Program-made: the position numbers and the translations under genes
Assembly: GCA_963814585.1 (NCBI GenBank)
Contig: CAWFDF010000011.1
Span: forward strand, 160,001-224,000
From: an uncultured delta proteobacterium
GTDB lineage: Bacteria; Myxococcota; Myxococcia; Myxococcales; Anaeromyxobacteraceae
Length of the DNA stretch: 64,000 bases
Reading direction: 5' to 3'
The notes under the pieces: model-generated
The model's input: the letters and a program-made list of their open reading frames with translations, nothing else
What the model was told of the DNA's origin: nothing
Database searches by the model: none
Shown: positions 1 through 13,050 of the stretch, one piece after another
How positions within the stretch are numbered: position 1 is the stretch's first letter
Layout of the letters: every line of letters starts with the position of its first letter

Positions 1-1011
1 CTCGTCGGCATCATCATCGAGGCCGGGACCAGCGCCGCCGGCCTCACCAGCGAGGGCGTGCTGCTCGCCATCCAGAAGCCGCTGGTCCTCATCGTGCTCA
101 CCGCGCCGCTCTTCCTCGGCGCCTTCGCCTACATGGCCGGCCACGCCCAGGACGAGGCGGTCCGGTCCGAGGCAGGCCGTCGCGAGGGCTTCCTGCAGGC
201 GGCGCGGACGCTGGTGTCGATGGCCCAGTCGCTCCTCTCCAACGTCAGCGCCTTCTCCAGCATGACCGCCGAGACGGCCGCCAGCGTTCGCGAGACCACC
301 GCCACCATGGGCCAGCTGGCCCAGACTGCCACCAAGGCGGCGCTCACCGCCGAGACCGTGATCGGACTGGCCCAGGCCGGCGCGCGGGTCTCGGCCGACG
401 GCCTCAAGGCGGTCGACCTGAGCCAGGGCGAGATGGCCAAGCTGGCCGACGAGGTGCGTCAGCTCTCCCAGCGGATCGAGGCCCTCAACGCCCGGATGCG
501 CGACATCTTCGAGATCGCCTCGGTGGTGAACTACATCGCCGACCGCTCCCAGCGGCTGGCCGATCGCGCGGCGCAGGAGGCCGTCGCGGCCGGCGCCGGC
601 GCGGGTGGCTTCGCGGACGTGGTCGGTGAGATGCGCCACCACGCCGAGGACGCCAAGCGGGCCGCGGTGCAGGTGAAGGGGATCCTCTCGGAGGTCCACA
701 AGGCGATGCTGGCGGCCATGACCGCGGCCGAGGTCGGGATCCGGCGGGCCGAGCAGGGCGCCACGGTGGCGTCGGGCACCGGCGACACGATCCGCCGGCT
801 GGCCACGGCGCTGCGCGACTCGTCGGAGGCGGCCCGGGAGATCGCCACGGTGGCGCAGCAGCAGGACCACGGCATCGAGCAGGTGCTGAAGGCGATGAAC
901 GAGATCTACCTGGCCACCCAGGAGACCATGTCCAACATCCAGTCGGTCGCCACCGAGGCCCGCGCGCTCAACGACATGGCGACCGGCCTGAAGCGGGCGG
1001 TGTCGGACTAG
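1..1011 (+). CDS. Methyl-accepting chemotaxis-like protein, 5'-truncated by window edge
   Basis: Open frame from position 1; TM segment followed by heptad coiled-coil signalling domain (EIATVAQQQDHGIEQV, methylation-type helices); hairpin tip is degenerate. Confidence 0.8.
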   Translation, partial: LVGIIIEAGTSAAGLTSEGVLLAIQKPLVLIVLTAPLFLGAFAYMAGHAQDEAVRSEAGRREGFLQAARTLVSMAQSLLSNVSAFSSMTAETAASVRETTATMGQLAQTATKAALTAETVIGLAQAGARVSADGLKAVDLSQGEMAKLADEVRQLSQRIEALNARMRDIFEIASVVNYIADRSQRLADRAAQEAVAAGAGAGGFADVVGEMRHHAEDAKRAAVQVKGILSEVHKAMLAAMTAAEVGIRRAEQGATVASGTGDTIRRLATALRDSSEAAREIATVAQQQDHGIEQVLKAMNEIYLATQETMSNIQSVATEARALNDMATGLKRAVSD

Positions 1012-1012
1012 G

Positions 1013-1044
1013 GCCCCGACCCAGGCTCGTGCCCCGACCCAGGC
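1013..1044 (+). repeat. 14-bp direct repeat GCCCCGACCCAGGC x2
   Basis: Copies at 1013-1026 and 1031-1044 immediately after the MCP stop. Confidence 0.6.
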
Positions 1045-1141
1045 AAGACGACGTGACGAGAGAGCCGAGACCGAAGCGAGGCTGGCGCCCGAGGAAGATG
1101 ACGGCGGAGGCGGCCGGGCGAACCCGGACCTGGAGGAGCCC

Positions 1142-1846
1142 ATGGCACGGCCGGTCGGACCTTCACGGGTGACGCGGCTGGCGGTCACGGTGCTCCTCGC
1201 CACCGGCATCATGGCCGGCTGCGGCCAGGACGTCGTCGACGACTTCCCGCTCGGCGTGGGGTTCCAGCCGCTCGAGCCGCTGGTCGCCGGGGCGGCCTGC
1301 CCGGCCGCCTCGGCCAACGAGCTCCACCCGCAAGGGCTTGGCGTCGTGGCCACCGGCCCGCAGGACGGCCACTACAGCTCGCACGCGTGCGGCTACCTCC
1401 ACGCGCCGCTCGCCAAGGTCTACGAGGCGCTCCACGACCCGGCCGCCAGCTACATCCACAACGACGGGAGCGGCACGCGCACCGACGGCCCGCCGGTCTT
1501 CGGGGTGGAGCCCTTCCCGGTCAGCTTCCGCGTCCGCTACGCCAGCCCGACGGGCATCCCGGGGCTGGGCGATGCCAGGTTCGACGTCACCTACCGGGCC
1601 GGGCCGCTGGAGGGGACCGAGGCGGCGCCGATCAAGGTGGGCGAGCGGTACCAGAAGACCTGGGGCGTCAAGAACATCGAGGTGATGTCCGGCTCGCTGG
1701 TGGCCACCGAGGTGGCCCCTGGCGTCACCGCGGTCGAGATGGTGGCGTGGCTGAAGGCCACCACCCAGTACCAGTCCGACTGCAACGGGACCGTGGTGGA
1801 CCTCTTCGGAGGTCTCGAGGCCAAGCTGGCCTCGATGCCGCCCTGA
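1142..1846 (+). CDS. Hypothetical lipoprotein, possibly SRPBCC/START-like
   Basis: GGAGG SD upstream; signal peptide with lipobox (IMAG-C); HAPLAKVYEALHDP resembles an SRPBCC N-terminus. Confidence 0.7.
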   Translation: MARPVGPSRVTRLAVTVLLATGIMAGCGQDVVDDFPLGVGFQPLEPLVAGAACPAASANELHPQGLGVVATGPQDGHYSSHACGYLHAPLAKVYEALHDPAASYIHNDGSGTRTDGPPVFGVEPFPVSFRVRYASPTGIPGLGDARFDVTYRAGPLEGTEAAPIKVGERYQKTWGVKNIEVMSGSLVATEVAPGVTAVEMVAWLKATTQYQSDCNGTVVDLFGGLEAKLASMPP

Positions 1847-1882
1847 TCGGCCTCGCCGGGCCGCGTCCAGGCGCGCCGCCCG

Positions 1883-3631
1883 TCACCCGCCCTGCTGGAG
1901 CTCGACGCGGACGTCCACCTCGAGCGTCTCGCCGGCGCCGCCCAGGTAGATGGTCCCCGAGGTGGGGGTGGCGTCACGCCAGGAGCGTCCCACCGCCACC
2001 CGCACGTGGTTGGTCTGGGTGATCACGCCATTGGTGGGGTCGAAGCCACGCCAGCCCACCTCGGGCAGGTAGACCTGGGCCCAGGCGTGGCTGGCCTCGC
2101 CCTGCGCCACGTTCTCGTGCTTCTGGCCGGTGTAGAGGTAGCCGCAGACGTAGCGGGCCGGCACCGAGAGGAGCCTGGCCATGCAGATGAAGAGGTTGGT
2201 GAAGTCCTGGCAGACGCCGCGCCGGTTGACGTAGGTCTCGAAGGGCGTGGTGAGCAGCGTGGTCGCCCCCTGCTCGTAGCGGTAGTCCCGGTGGATGGTG
2301 GCGTTCATGTCCAGCAGCGTCTCGAGCAGGTCGTAGCCGTTCCGCTCGACGAAGCTCATGGCGTACTCGACCAGGTCCTGCAGCTCGCTCTCCGGCAGCT
2401 CCTCGGGGAGGAGGAAGGGCTGGAGCACCTGCCGCTGCCAGGGCATCCAGGCCAGCGGGATGGTGGTCCGCGAACGGAGCGGCCGGTAGCTGATCGGCTC
2501 GCCGTCGAGCACGTCCACGGTGGACCGGGCCTCGACCACCAGCTCGCTGAAGGGGGTCTCCACCAGGAGCCGATGGGTCTGGTTGCCGAAGACGTCCTCG
2601 TAGTCGCGGGCGTCACCCGGCACCGAGATGCGCAGGGCGAAGGCCCGCAGCGACTGGAGCGGGTCGTGGATCGGCTTGAGCCGGAGCTGGTGCATCGACC
2701 GCTCCACCGGCTTCACGTACCGGTAGGTGGTGCGGTGGAGGAGATCGTAGCGTCGCGCCGCCGCCCGCTCCGGGCGGACCAGCCGCTGGTGGCCCCGGCT
2801 GGTGGCCAGGTGCAGCTGGGTGCCGCCGCCCGGCGGTCCCTGCTCCACCCGGACCACCCCCTGGCGAACGACCAGCAGCGCGCCCGGCGGCACCTGGCGC
2901 CACTGGCCGGTCCAGTCGCTGGTGACCTCGAGCGGCGCGGTCGAGATCACCACGCCCCGTCGGGCCTTGGGCCCCCGGGAGGTGAGGTCGACCACCAGGT
3001 CCTGGTCGGCGAGGCGCAGCTGGCCGTAGGGAGGCAGCGCCTCCCAGAGCCAGATGCCCCGGGCTTCGGGATCGCGGTCGGCGTAGACCAGCAGGTCGCG
3101 TCCGTCCGAGAGCACCGAGGTGAGGGTGCCGAGCTCGTTGATGGCGCCGAACCAGCCGTGGACCACCTCGAGGTCGGCCTCGTCGAGCGACGCCCAGCCG
3201 CGCTCGGAGAAGCGCCCCAGCAGGTCGCAGAGCACCTGCTCGGTGTCGGTGGAGCCGACCGGCTCGAAGGGCTGGTGCGGGCGTTGCGGCGGCCGCTCGC
3301 CCAGGCTGCCGGAGTGGGCGAAGAGCCAGTCGCGCCGCCCCCAGGCCCGCGAGAAGGGCTGGGTGTTGGCGTCGGAGGGCGCACCCCAGGTGGCGGTCCG
3401 GATGTGCACCACGAAGAGCGATGACTCGAGGTGCTCCCAGGCCTTCACCAGCTCCGAGCGGATCGAGCCGACCGGCGGGGCCGGCTCCTTGAGGACCGTC
3501 GCGGAGGGCTCGCCACCCGGGTAGTAGCCGATGCCCCAGCCGTCGGGGAGGGTGCGCCCGGGCTGGAGGCACCGGAGGTCGAAGGAGGGCGCGAGCGCAC
3601 CCTCGAAGGACATGGCGAGGAGGTTGGGCAT
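1883..3631 (-). CDS. Class II glutamine amidotransferase-like (YafJ/EgtC-type Ntn) domain fused to a bacterial transglutaminase (N-domain + core)
   Basis: HIRTAT, NTQPF, FAHSG, GSTDTE Ntn motifs; HRTTYRY..EDVFGN N-domain; GVCQD, SHAW, GFDPTN catalytic triad; start MPNLLAMSF at 3631. Confidence 0.85.
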   Translation of the reverse strand: MPNLLAMSFEGALAPSFDLRCLQPGRTLPDGWGIGYYPGGEPSATVLKEPAPPVGSIRSELVKAWEHLESSLFVVHIRTATWGAPSDANTQPFSRAWGRRDWLFAHSGSLGERPPQRPHQPFEPVGSTDTEQVLCDLLGRFSERGWASLDEADLEVVHGWFGAINELGTLTSVLSDGRDLLVYADRDPEARGIWLWEALPPYGQLRLADQDLVVDLTSRGPKARRGVVISTAPLEVTSDWTGQWRQVPPGALLVVRQGVVRVEQGPPGGGTQLHLATSRGHQRLVRPERAAARRYDLLHRTTYRYVKPVERSMHQLRLKPIHDPLQSLRAFALRISVPGDARDYEDVFGNQTHRLLVETPFSELVVEARSTVDVLDGEPISYRPLRSRTTIPLAWMPWQRQVLQPFLLPEELPESELQDLVEYAMSFVERNGYDLLETLLDMNATIHRDYRYEQGATTLLTTPFETYVNRRGVCQDFTNLFICMARLLSVPARYVCGYLYTGQKHENVAQGEASHAWAQVYLPEVGWRGFDPTNGVITQTNHVRVAVGRSWRDATPTSGTIYLGGAGETLEVDVRVELQQGG

Positions 3632-3644
3632 GCTTCGGGTGGCG

Positions 3645-4615
3645 CTACTGTCCGGTCGTGCCCACCGCCTCCGGGGCCGGATGGCCGAACAGCTCGCGGC
3701 CGATGTCATTGCAGATCGCGTGGGTCTCGTCCACCACGTGCGTGAGGAAGGGGTGGAGCTCGCCCGCGTCGATGTGCGGCCCGGCCTCGTCCAGCACCCA
3801 GCTCTCCAGGGCCCTCAGCGAGGTGAGGCTGCGCCCTCGCAGGTCGGCGTCGGCGGCGCGAACCCGGGCCAGGCGCTTGGAGGCGATGTGCAGGCAGTGG
3901 TTGACCGATCGAGGGAAGCGGGCCTCGAGCACCAGGAAGCGGGCCACCGTGGCCGCCGAGGCCTTGCCCTGGAAGCGCTTCATGAACGGCTCGAAGCCCG
4001 AGCAGGCCCGCAGCAGCGAGAGCCAGAGGGCCAGCTCGACCACCTGGTGCGCGCCCATGCGCTGCAGCGCGTGGTGGTGCACGTCGAGGATGCGAGCGGT
4101 CTGGCCAGCCCGTTCCAGCATCACGCCCAGCAGGATGAAGTTGAAGGCGTCGTCGTGGAGCATGGTCCCGTGGACGACGCCCAGGCAGAGCTGGGCGTGC
4201 TGCCGGAGGTGCCGGTAGAAGCCGTGCCGATCGGCCCGCCAGGTCTCGCGGCCGAGGCCGTCCATCCACAGGTGAAGCTCGTTGACCGCCTCCCAGGTCT
4301 CCAGGCTCACCACCTCGCGGATGGAGCGGGCGTTCTCCCGAGCCGCCGCCACGGAGCGGCGCAGCGAGGAGAGGTTGGTCTCCTCCCAGGTGAGCCAGGA
4401 CTGGACCAGCTCGCCGTCGGCGAAGGCCTGGTCGCCGTGCCGGGTCCGGAAGTCCTCCTCCTGGCCCGACACGATCACCGCCGGGTGCCAGGCCTGGCCC
4501 GGCTCCAGGTCGCCGTCGAGCGCGAGGTTCCGGGTCACCAGGCAGACGCGGGCGGTCGACTCGGCCCGCTCCAGGTAGCGCCCCAGCCAGAAGAGGTTCT
4601 CGGCGACGCGGCTGA

Positions 4616-4619
<4 letters not shown>
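3645..4619 (-). CDS. Alpha-E domain protein (DUF403-like)
   Basis: MISRVAENLFWLGRYLERAE, ARENARSIRE, GVMLERAGQTARILD, FPRSV motifs; GTG start overlaps the upstream TGA. Confidence 0.9.
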
Positions 4620-6075
<1,456 letters not shown>

Positions 6076-6079
<4 letters not shown>

Positions 6080-7806
6080 GTGGGATCTCCCATCCTGGTC
6101 GAGCCATCGGGGCCGCGCAGCGCCGAGAGCCGGCGCAGGTCGAGCGTCACGCCACCGCCGGCCAGCGGGCGGCGAAGGCCGAGCGGTCCTGGCTCGCGGA
6201 TCCGGACCCGCTCCCGGCAGCGGCGCCGGGCCTCGGCGGCGTCGTCGGGCAGGCCCGGGTAGGTGCCACCACCGGGGATCCACCCGTGCAGCTCGATGCC
6301 GACCCGCCGGCCGTCGCGCTCCCAGCCGAGGACCAGCGGGTCGTGCGCCGGCAGGCCGGGGTGCAGCCCGGGGCGAGGGACGAAGGACCGGAAGCGCAGC
6401 CCGGCCACGTGGCTCCGCCCGCTGTCGGCCGAGGTGAGCGGCACCTCCCAGCCGTCGGCGCCGACCCGCCCCGGGCCGGCCCCGCGATCATGGTCGATGC
6501 GCACCTCGACCCGCTCGGTGCTGGCGTCCACCAGCCGGGCGCCGGCCCGCTCCTGGCTGGCCACGTCGCCGAGCAGGGGCCAGAACTCCACCGCCGGCAC
6601 CACCGTGAGCGTGGTCCGTCCGAGCTTGACCTCGGCCAGCGGCTCGGGCCGCTCGACCAGCAGGGCGGTGGCGGCCGGTCCGAGTCCGAGCCCGTGGGCG
6701 GAGAGGTCGTCGAGGACGCCGCGCAGATCCTCCTCGAGGAAGCTGGGCAGCGCCAGGTGATCGTGGAGCGAGGCCCCCCAGTCGGCGAGCGGCTCGACGT
6801 ACGGGACCGCCACCAGCCGCGCCACCAGCGCCCGGAAGAGCGCCGCCAGCGCCGCCAGGCGGCCCGGGGTGGCCGGCATGCGCAGCGAGCGCAGCTCCAC
6901 CAGGCCCAGCCGGCCCCGCCCGGCGTGGAACGGGTTCCAGAGCTTCTCCACGTTGAGCTCGGCCCGGTGCGAGTTGCCCGAGGCGTCCACCAGCAGGGGC
7001 GCCAGGGTCTCCCAGAGCTCGGTCGGGCCGAGGTGCGGGCCGCGGGACTCCAGACGGTCGACCGCGACCTGCAGCTCCTCGAAGCGCTCCCGGACCCCCT
7101 CGTCCGGCCGCGGCCCTTGCGACGCCGAGCCGACGCAGTCGCCGGCGAAGGCGTAGGAGAGCGAGGGGTGGTTGCAGAGGAAGCGGATCATCCGCGGCAG
7201 CAGGACCGGGTGGCGGAAGAAGGGGCTCGCCTCCGGCGTCGGTCCGCCCAGCGTGAGCTGGCCGCCGCCGCCCGAATCGGACCCCCGGCCGTTGAAGCGC
7301 CAGCGGACCGGGGAGAGCCCGACCGCCTCGGCAGCGGCGTAGATGGCCTCGGCGTCGGCGAGGAAGGTGGCCAGGTCGGGGGCCGGCGCGGTGTTCACCT
7401 CCACCACGCCGGGGTCGGGCGTCACCGTGAGCTGCAGGTCGCCGTCGGCGAGCGGGGGCGCCTCCAGCGGCGGGCCGTCGAGGCTCCCCACCGTCACCCC
7501 GGTCGGCGCGGGCGGGTGGTGGCGGCGAAACCGGACGCCGAGGCAGAAGCGAGGCGCCGGCTCGCCGTCGAAGTGACGGCCGGCGAGGTGGAGCAGGCGG
7601 GGGTGGGCGGCCAGGCGCGGGGCCAGGTCGGTGAGCAGCGCGCGCGCCCGGGGGAGCTTGTCCCCGCCCTCGGCCCGGGTGAGCCACCAGGGCTCCTGGG
7701 AGCGGCGATCGGTGAAGGTGGGCTCGGCGCCCACCCAGACCTCCAGGCGGCGGTGCCGGAGCACCGCGTCCTGCTCGGCGAGCTCGGCGGCGAGCAGCGG
7801 CTCCAC
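6076..7806 (-). CDS. Stand-alone DUF2126-type putative amidoligase (no transglutaminase domain)
   Basis: GAEPTF, TPDPGVVEVN, SQGPRPDE, GNSHRAE, LVELRS motifs shared with the upstream paralog. Confidence 0.8.
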
Positions 7807-7809
7807 GGC

Positions 7810-10800
7810 TCAGGCATCCTTCGCTTCGGCGTCGGGCTCGGGGACCGGGTGGTCGCCCGGGTGGCGGCGCAGGTCGAGCGACCAGGGGGTCTCGGGGTGG
7901 ACCGGGACGCGGCGGGGCTCGACCGGCCAGGGGGTGGCGCCGTCGACGGTGAAGCGCTGCGCCCGCCGGGCCGCGGCCTCGAAGCGGGTCAGCGGCGGCG
8001 TGTCGTAGGCGCGCCCCTCCGGGTGCCAGACGTGGTAGCGGCAGGCGCCGAGGGAGCGGCGCCCCCATCCGTCGCAGAGCTCGATGGTGATCGGGTGGTG
8101 GACGCCGAGGTGCGGGTGGAGCGCATGGGGCGGTGCCCAGGCGCGGAAGCGGACCCCGCCGAGGACCTCGCCGGCCGTGCCGGTGGAGCGCACCGGCAGC
8201 TCGATGCCGTTGACCACCACCTGGTGGCGCTCTGGCACGATCCCGGAGGCGCGGATCTCGATCCGCTCCACCGAGGAGTCCACGTAGCGAGAGGTGCCGC
8301 CGCCGGTGGGCTCCTCGCCGAGCACGTTCCACGGCTCGAGGGCGTTGCGCACCTCCAGCAGGGAGTCGCCGGCCACCAGGCGGCCCACCACCGGGCAGCG
8401 CAGCTCGAGGAAGGCGCGGTACGGCTCGACCGGGAGCGCCAGCCCACGCTCGTCGAGGAAGGCCAGCACCTCCTCGAAGTCGCGCCAGAGGTGGTGCGGG
8501 AGGAGGAAGCGGTCGTGGAGCGCGGCCCCCCAGCGGATCAGCGGCCTGCGGTAGGGCCCCTTGGCGAAGGCGGCCAGGAGCGATCGCGCCAGCAGGACCT
8601 GGGCCGTGGCCAGCCGCGGGTGGGGCGGCATCTCGAAGGCGCGCAGCTCGACGACACCCTGGCGGCCGTGCGCGGTGCGCCAGTCCCAGAGCTTGTCGAT
8701 GGAGATCTCGGCCCGGTGGGTGTTGCCGGTGAGGTCGGTGAGCAGGTTGCGCAGCAGCATGTCGCCGAGCCACGGGGCCGGGTCGGTGGCGCGGAAGGCC
8801 TCGGCCAGCGCGATCTCCAGCTCGGAGAGGGTGTCGAGGCGCGCCTCGTCGACCCGCGGCGCCTGCGAGGTGGGGCCGACGAAGAGGCCGGTGAAGAGGA
8901 AGGAGAGGGATGGGTGGTGCTGCGCGAAGGTCACCAGGCTGGCGACCAGGTCGGGCCGCCTCACCAGCGGGCTCTCCAGCGGCGTCGGCCCGCCCAGCGT
9001 GACGTGGTGGCCTCCGCCCGATCCCGCGGCCCGGCCGTCCAGCAGCCACTTCTCGGCGTGGAGCCCGGCGTGGAGCGCGGCCTCGAAGACCGTCCCCATC
9101 AGCCCGGCGTGCTCCCGGCCGCTCCGCTGCGGCGGCAGGTTCACCTCGAGGACGCCCGGGTCCGGCGTGACCGCCAGCTGGACGAGGCGGGGCGAGGGTG
9201 GAGGCGGGTACCCCTCCAGCTGGACGTCCAGGCCGGTGGCGAGGCGGGTGGCGTCGATCGCGGCCACCAGGGCGAGGAAGTCGTCCACCCGGGCCACCGG
9301 CGGCAGGAAGACGTGCAGCGTGCCTTCCCGAAGCTCGACGCAGAGCGCGGTCCGGACCGGCTCGAGGCGGGTCGCGGCCCGGGTGGCCTCGCGGAGCCTG
9401 GCCTGGACCTCCTCCGACTCGGCCCGGCGCGGATCGGGCGCGGGGAGCGGGGCCTCCTCGGGCTTCACCTCCGGCGCGCCGCCGAGCGCGGCCAGCGGCA
9501 AGCGAAGCCCCAGGGGGCTGTCGCCCGGGAGCAGGAAGAGGTGCTCGCGGCGGAAGCGCCAGCGCTCGGTCCGCCAGCCCTCGCCGTCCCGGATCAGCGG
9601 CAGCACCCAGCCGACCGGCGCCCCCGGGGCGCCGCCGAGGATGCGGGCCAGCCGCCGCCGCTCCGGGCCGTCATCCAGGCTCGCCAGCAGGGGATCGACG
9701 CCGACCGGCAGGCTGGCCTCGTCCTTGATGAGCAGCCAGGGATCCTCGAAGGCGGCGCGGGGCGTGCCGGCGGGCAGGCCGAGGCGTTCGGCCAGCGCGG
9801 CGGCGAAGCGTCGCGCGGCGTCGGGTCCCGGGGCGCCGCCCGCCACGGCGCGATCGGGCCACAGCGCCTGGCCGTCGCGGAGGCCGATCAGCTCGATGGC
9901 CCAGCGCGGCAGCGGCTCGCCCGGGTACCACTTCCCCTGGCGGCGCAGCAACAGGCCACCCGGGGTGAGCCGCTCACGGAGCCGGCGCGCCAGCGCCAGC
10001 CCCGCCGTCCACTTGGACGGCCCGAGCGCCTCGCCGTTCCACTCGGGCGCCTCGGCGTGCTCGCGGGAGTTGAAGGTCGGCTCACCGCCGCTGGTGAGCT
10101 GGAGCCCTTCCGCCTCGAGCGCCGCGTCGGCGCGCTCGGCGCCGGCCAGCAGCGCCGTCCAGGCCGCCTCCGGGAACGGGGCGGTGGGCCGGACCTCGTG
10201 CCCGAGGCGATCGACGGTCAGCGTGAAGGAGATCTCGGTGGCCGGCTGGTCGCTGGTTCCCTCCAGCGGCGCGCCCAGCGCCGGGCGGGCCACGGAGGCC
10301 AGCGGGATGTGCCCCTCGCCGCAGAGCAGGCCGCTGGTCGGGTCGAGCCCGATCCAGCCGCCGCCTGGCACGAAGACCTCGGTCCAGGCGTGGAGGTCGG
10401 CCACGTCACGGCCCACGCCCCTGGGCTCGTCGGGGAGCATCCCCTCGTCGGCCAGCTGCACCAGGTAGCCGGAGGCGAAGCGCGCCGCCAGCCCGCGGGC
10501 GCGCAGGAGCGACATGAGGAGGACCGCCTGGTCGCGGCAGCTGCCGCACTCCCGGGTGAGCGACTCCTCCGGGGTCCAGATCCCCGGCTCCTCCCGGATG
10601 ACGTAGCGAAGCGCCTGGTTGACGCGCCGGTTCACCTCCACCACGAAGTCCACGGTGGGGCCACCAGCCGGCAGCGATCCGAGCAGCGCCTGGAAGCGAG
10701 GGCCGCTGGCCAGCTCCGGATCGGTCCGGTCCAGGAAGGGGACCAGATCGCGGGCCAGCTCCGGCGGGTAGGCGAACGGGACCGTCTCGCACCGGTCGTC

Positions 10801-11082
10801 GATGAAGAAGTCGAACGGGTTGACGGGGCGGATGTCCAGCCCCACCTCGACGGTGACCTCCAGCGCCGGGAGCCGGAGCCCCTTGGCGAAGGAGACATGG
10901 GCCAGGTGGTTGCCGAACGGATCCTGCAGCCAGCGGACGGCGGCCCCTTCGGGCACCTTGAGGGCGTAGTGCTCGATGGCGGCGCGGGCGTGGGAGGCCG
11001 GGCGGAGCCGGATGGTGTGCGGGCCGAGGGCGGCCGGCGCAGGGTAGCGGTAGGTGCTCCGGTGCTGCAGGAGGATTCGCAG
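7810..11082 (-). CDS. Transglutaminase (N-domain + core) fused to DUF2126 putative amidoligase
   Basis: [23 protein letters not shown]-domain; GSCRD, LHAW, GLDPTSG triad; [36 protein letters not shown]; likely CTG start at 11082 after an AAAGGA SD. Confidence 0.88.
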   Translation of the reverse strand: MRILLQHRSTYRYPAPAALGPHTIRLRPASHARAAIEHYALKVPEGAAVRWLQDPFGNHLAHVSFAKGLRLPALEVTVEVGLDIRPVNPFDFFIDDRCETVPFAYPPELARDLVPFLDRTDPELASGPRFQALLGSLPAGGPTVDFVVEVNRRVNQALRYVIREEPGIWTPEESLTRECGSCRDQAVLLMSLLRARGLAARFASGYLVQLADEGMLPDEPRGVGRDVADLHAWTEVFVPGGGWIGLDPTSGLLCGEGHIPLASVARPALGAPLEGTSDQPATEISFTLTVDRLGHEVRPTAPFPEAAWTALLAGAERADAALEAEGLQLTSGGEPTFNSREHAEAPEWNGEALGPSKWTAGLALARRLRERLTPGGLLLRRQGKWYPGEPLPRWAIELIGLRDGQALWPDRAVAGGAPGPDAARRFAAALAERLGLPAGTPRAAFEDPWLLIKDEASLPVGVDPLLASLDDGPERRRLARILGGAPGAPVGWVLPLIRDGEGWRTERWRFRREHLFLLPGDSPLGLRLPLAALGGAPEVKPEEAPLPAPDPRRAESEEVQARLREATRAATRLEPVRTALCVELREGTLHVFLPPVARVDDFLALVAAIDATRLATGLDVQLEGYPPPPSPRLVQLAVTPDPGVLEVNLPPQRSGREHAGLMGTVFEAALHAGLHAEKWLLDGRAAGSGGGHHVTLGGPTPLESPLVRRPDLVASLVTFAQHHPSLSFLFTGLFVGPTSQAPRVDEARLDTLSELEIALAEAFRATDPAPWLGDMLLRNLLTDLTGNTHRAEISIDKLWDWRTAHGRQGVVELRAFEMPPHPRLATAQVLLARSLLAAFAKGPYRRPLIRWGAALHDRFLLPHHLWRDFEEVLAFLDERGLALPVEPYRAFLELRCPVVGRLVAGDSLLEVRNALEPWNVLGEEPTGGGTSRYVDSSVERIEIRASGIVPERHQVVVNGIELPVRSTGTAGEVLGGVRFRAWAPPHALHPHLGVHHPITIELCDGWGRRSLGACRYHVWHPEGRAYDTPPLTRFEAAARRAQRFTVDGATPWPVEPRRVPVHPETPWSLDLRRHPGDHPVPEPDAEAKDA

Positions 11083-11114
11083 GGGGGCGTCCTTTCACCG
11101 AGCTCGGTCTCGTC

Positions 11115-11130
11115 TGCAAGGAGTCCGCCA
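11115..11130 (-). promoter_or_regulatory. Sigma54 (-24/-12) promoter of the transglutaminase/ATP-grasp operon
   Basis: TGGCGGACTCCTTGCA on minus strand with canonical GG-N10-GC spacing, about 33 nt upstream of the start. Confidence 0.75.
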
Positions 11131-11210
11131 CAGTATGCCCCGGCGGAGGCTCACGCGAGGCCCATGCCGGCGCCGAGACCGCCGCCAAGGCGCGGGGCGC
11201 GGACCGGCCG

Positions 11211-11249
11211 TGCATGCTTTCCGGGCAGGACCTGCCGGATCGCCGGGCG
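11211..11249. promoter_or_regulatory. Tandem enhancer-like palindromes (NtrC-like spacing)
   Basis: TGCATGCTTTCCGGGCA (11211-11227) and TGCCGGATCGCCGGGCG (11233-11249), about 90-115 bp upstream of the sigma54 -24 box. Confidence 0.55.
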
Positions 11250-11401
11250 ATCGCCCGGTGGGTCGGGGCCACCGCCCGGACGGGTTCAGGTTCGCCGGCC
11301 TTCATGGCATGAGCGGCGGCGAGCGCGCCGGCCAGGGGACCGCGAGCCATCCGAGGTCGGGCCGGGGAGGGCCACCCCGGTCTTCAGCAAGGAAGGTGGG
11401 C

Positions 11402-11429
11402 GGCGAGCCCCCGAATGGCGGGGCTCGCC
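11402..11429. terminator. GC hairpin downstream of gdhA
   Basis: GGCGAGCCCC...GGGGCTCGCC inverted repeat about 15 nt after the gdhA stop; no clear U tract. Confidence 0.4.
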
Positions 11430-11444
11430 ACGGGACGGGCCGGA

Positions 11445-12964
<1,520 letters not shown>

Positions 12965-12993
12965 TCACACCGACTGAAGCTCCTGATTTTCCA

Positions 12994-13035
12994 GGATCGG
13001 ACTACTCTGGGTCTGGATCGAACTACTCTGGGTCA
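12994..13035 (+). repeat. 21-bp tandem repeat GGATCGRACTACTCTGGGTCW x2
   Basis: 12994-13014 and 13015-13035, 19/21 identical. Confidence 0.8.
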
Positions 13036-13050
13036 GGAGCTGGGACCCCG

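Noticed and set aside
12994..13035. Short repeats as a CRISPR array
   Set aside because: Only two adjacent copies, no spacers and no cas genes
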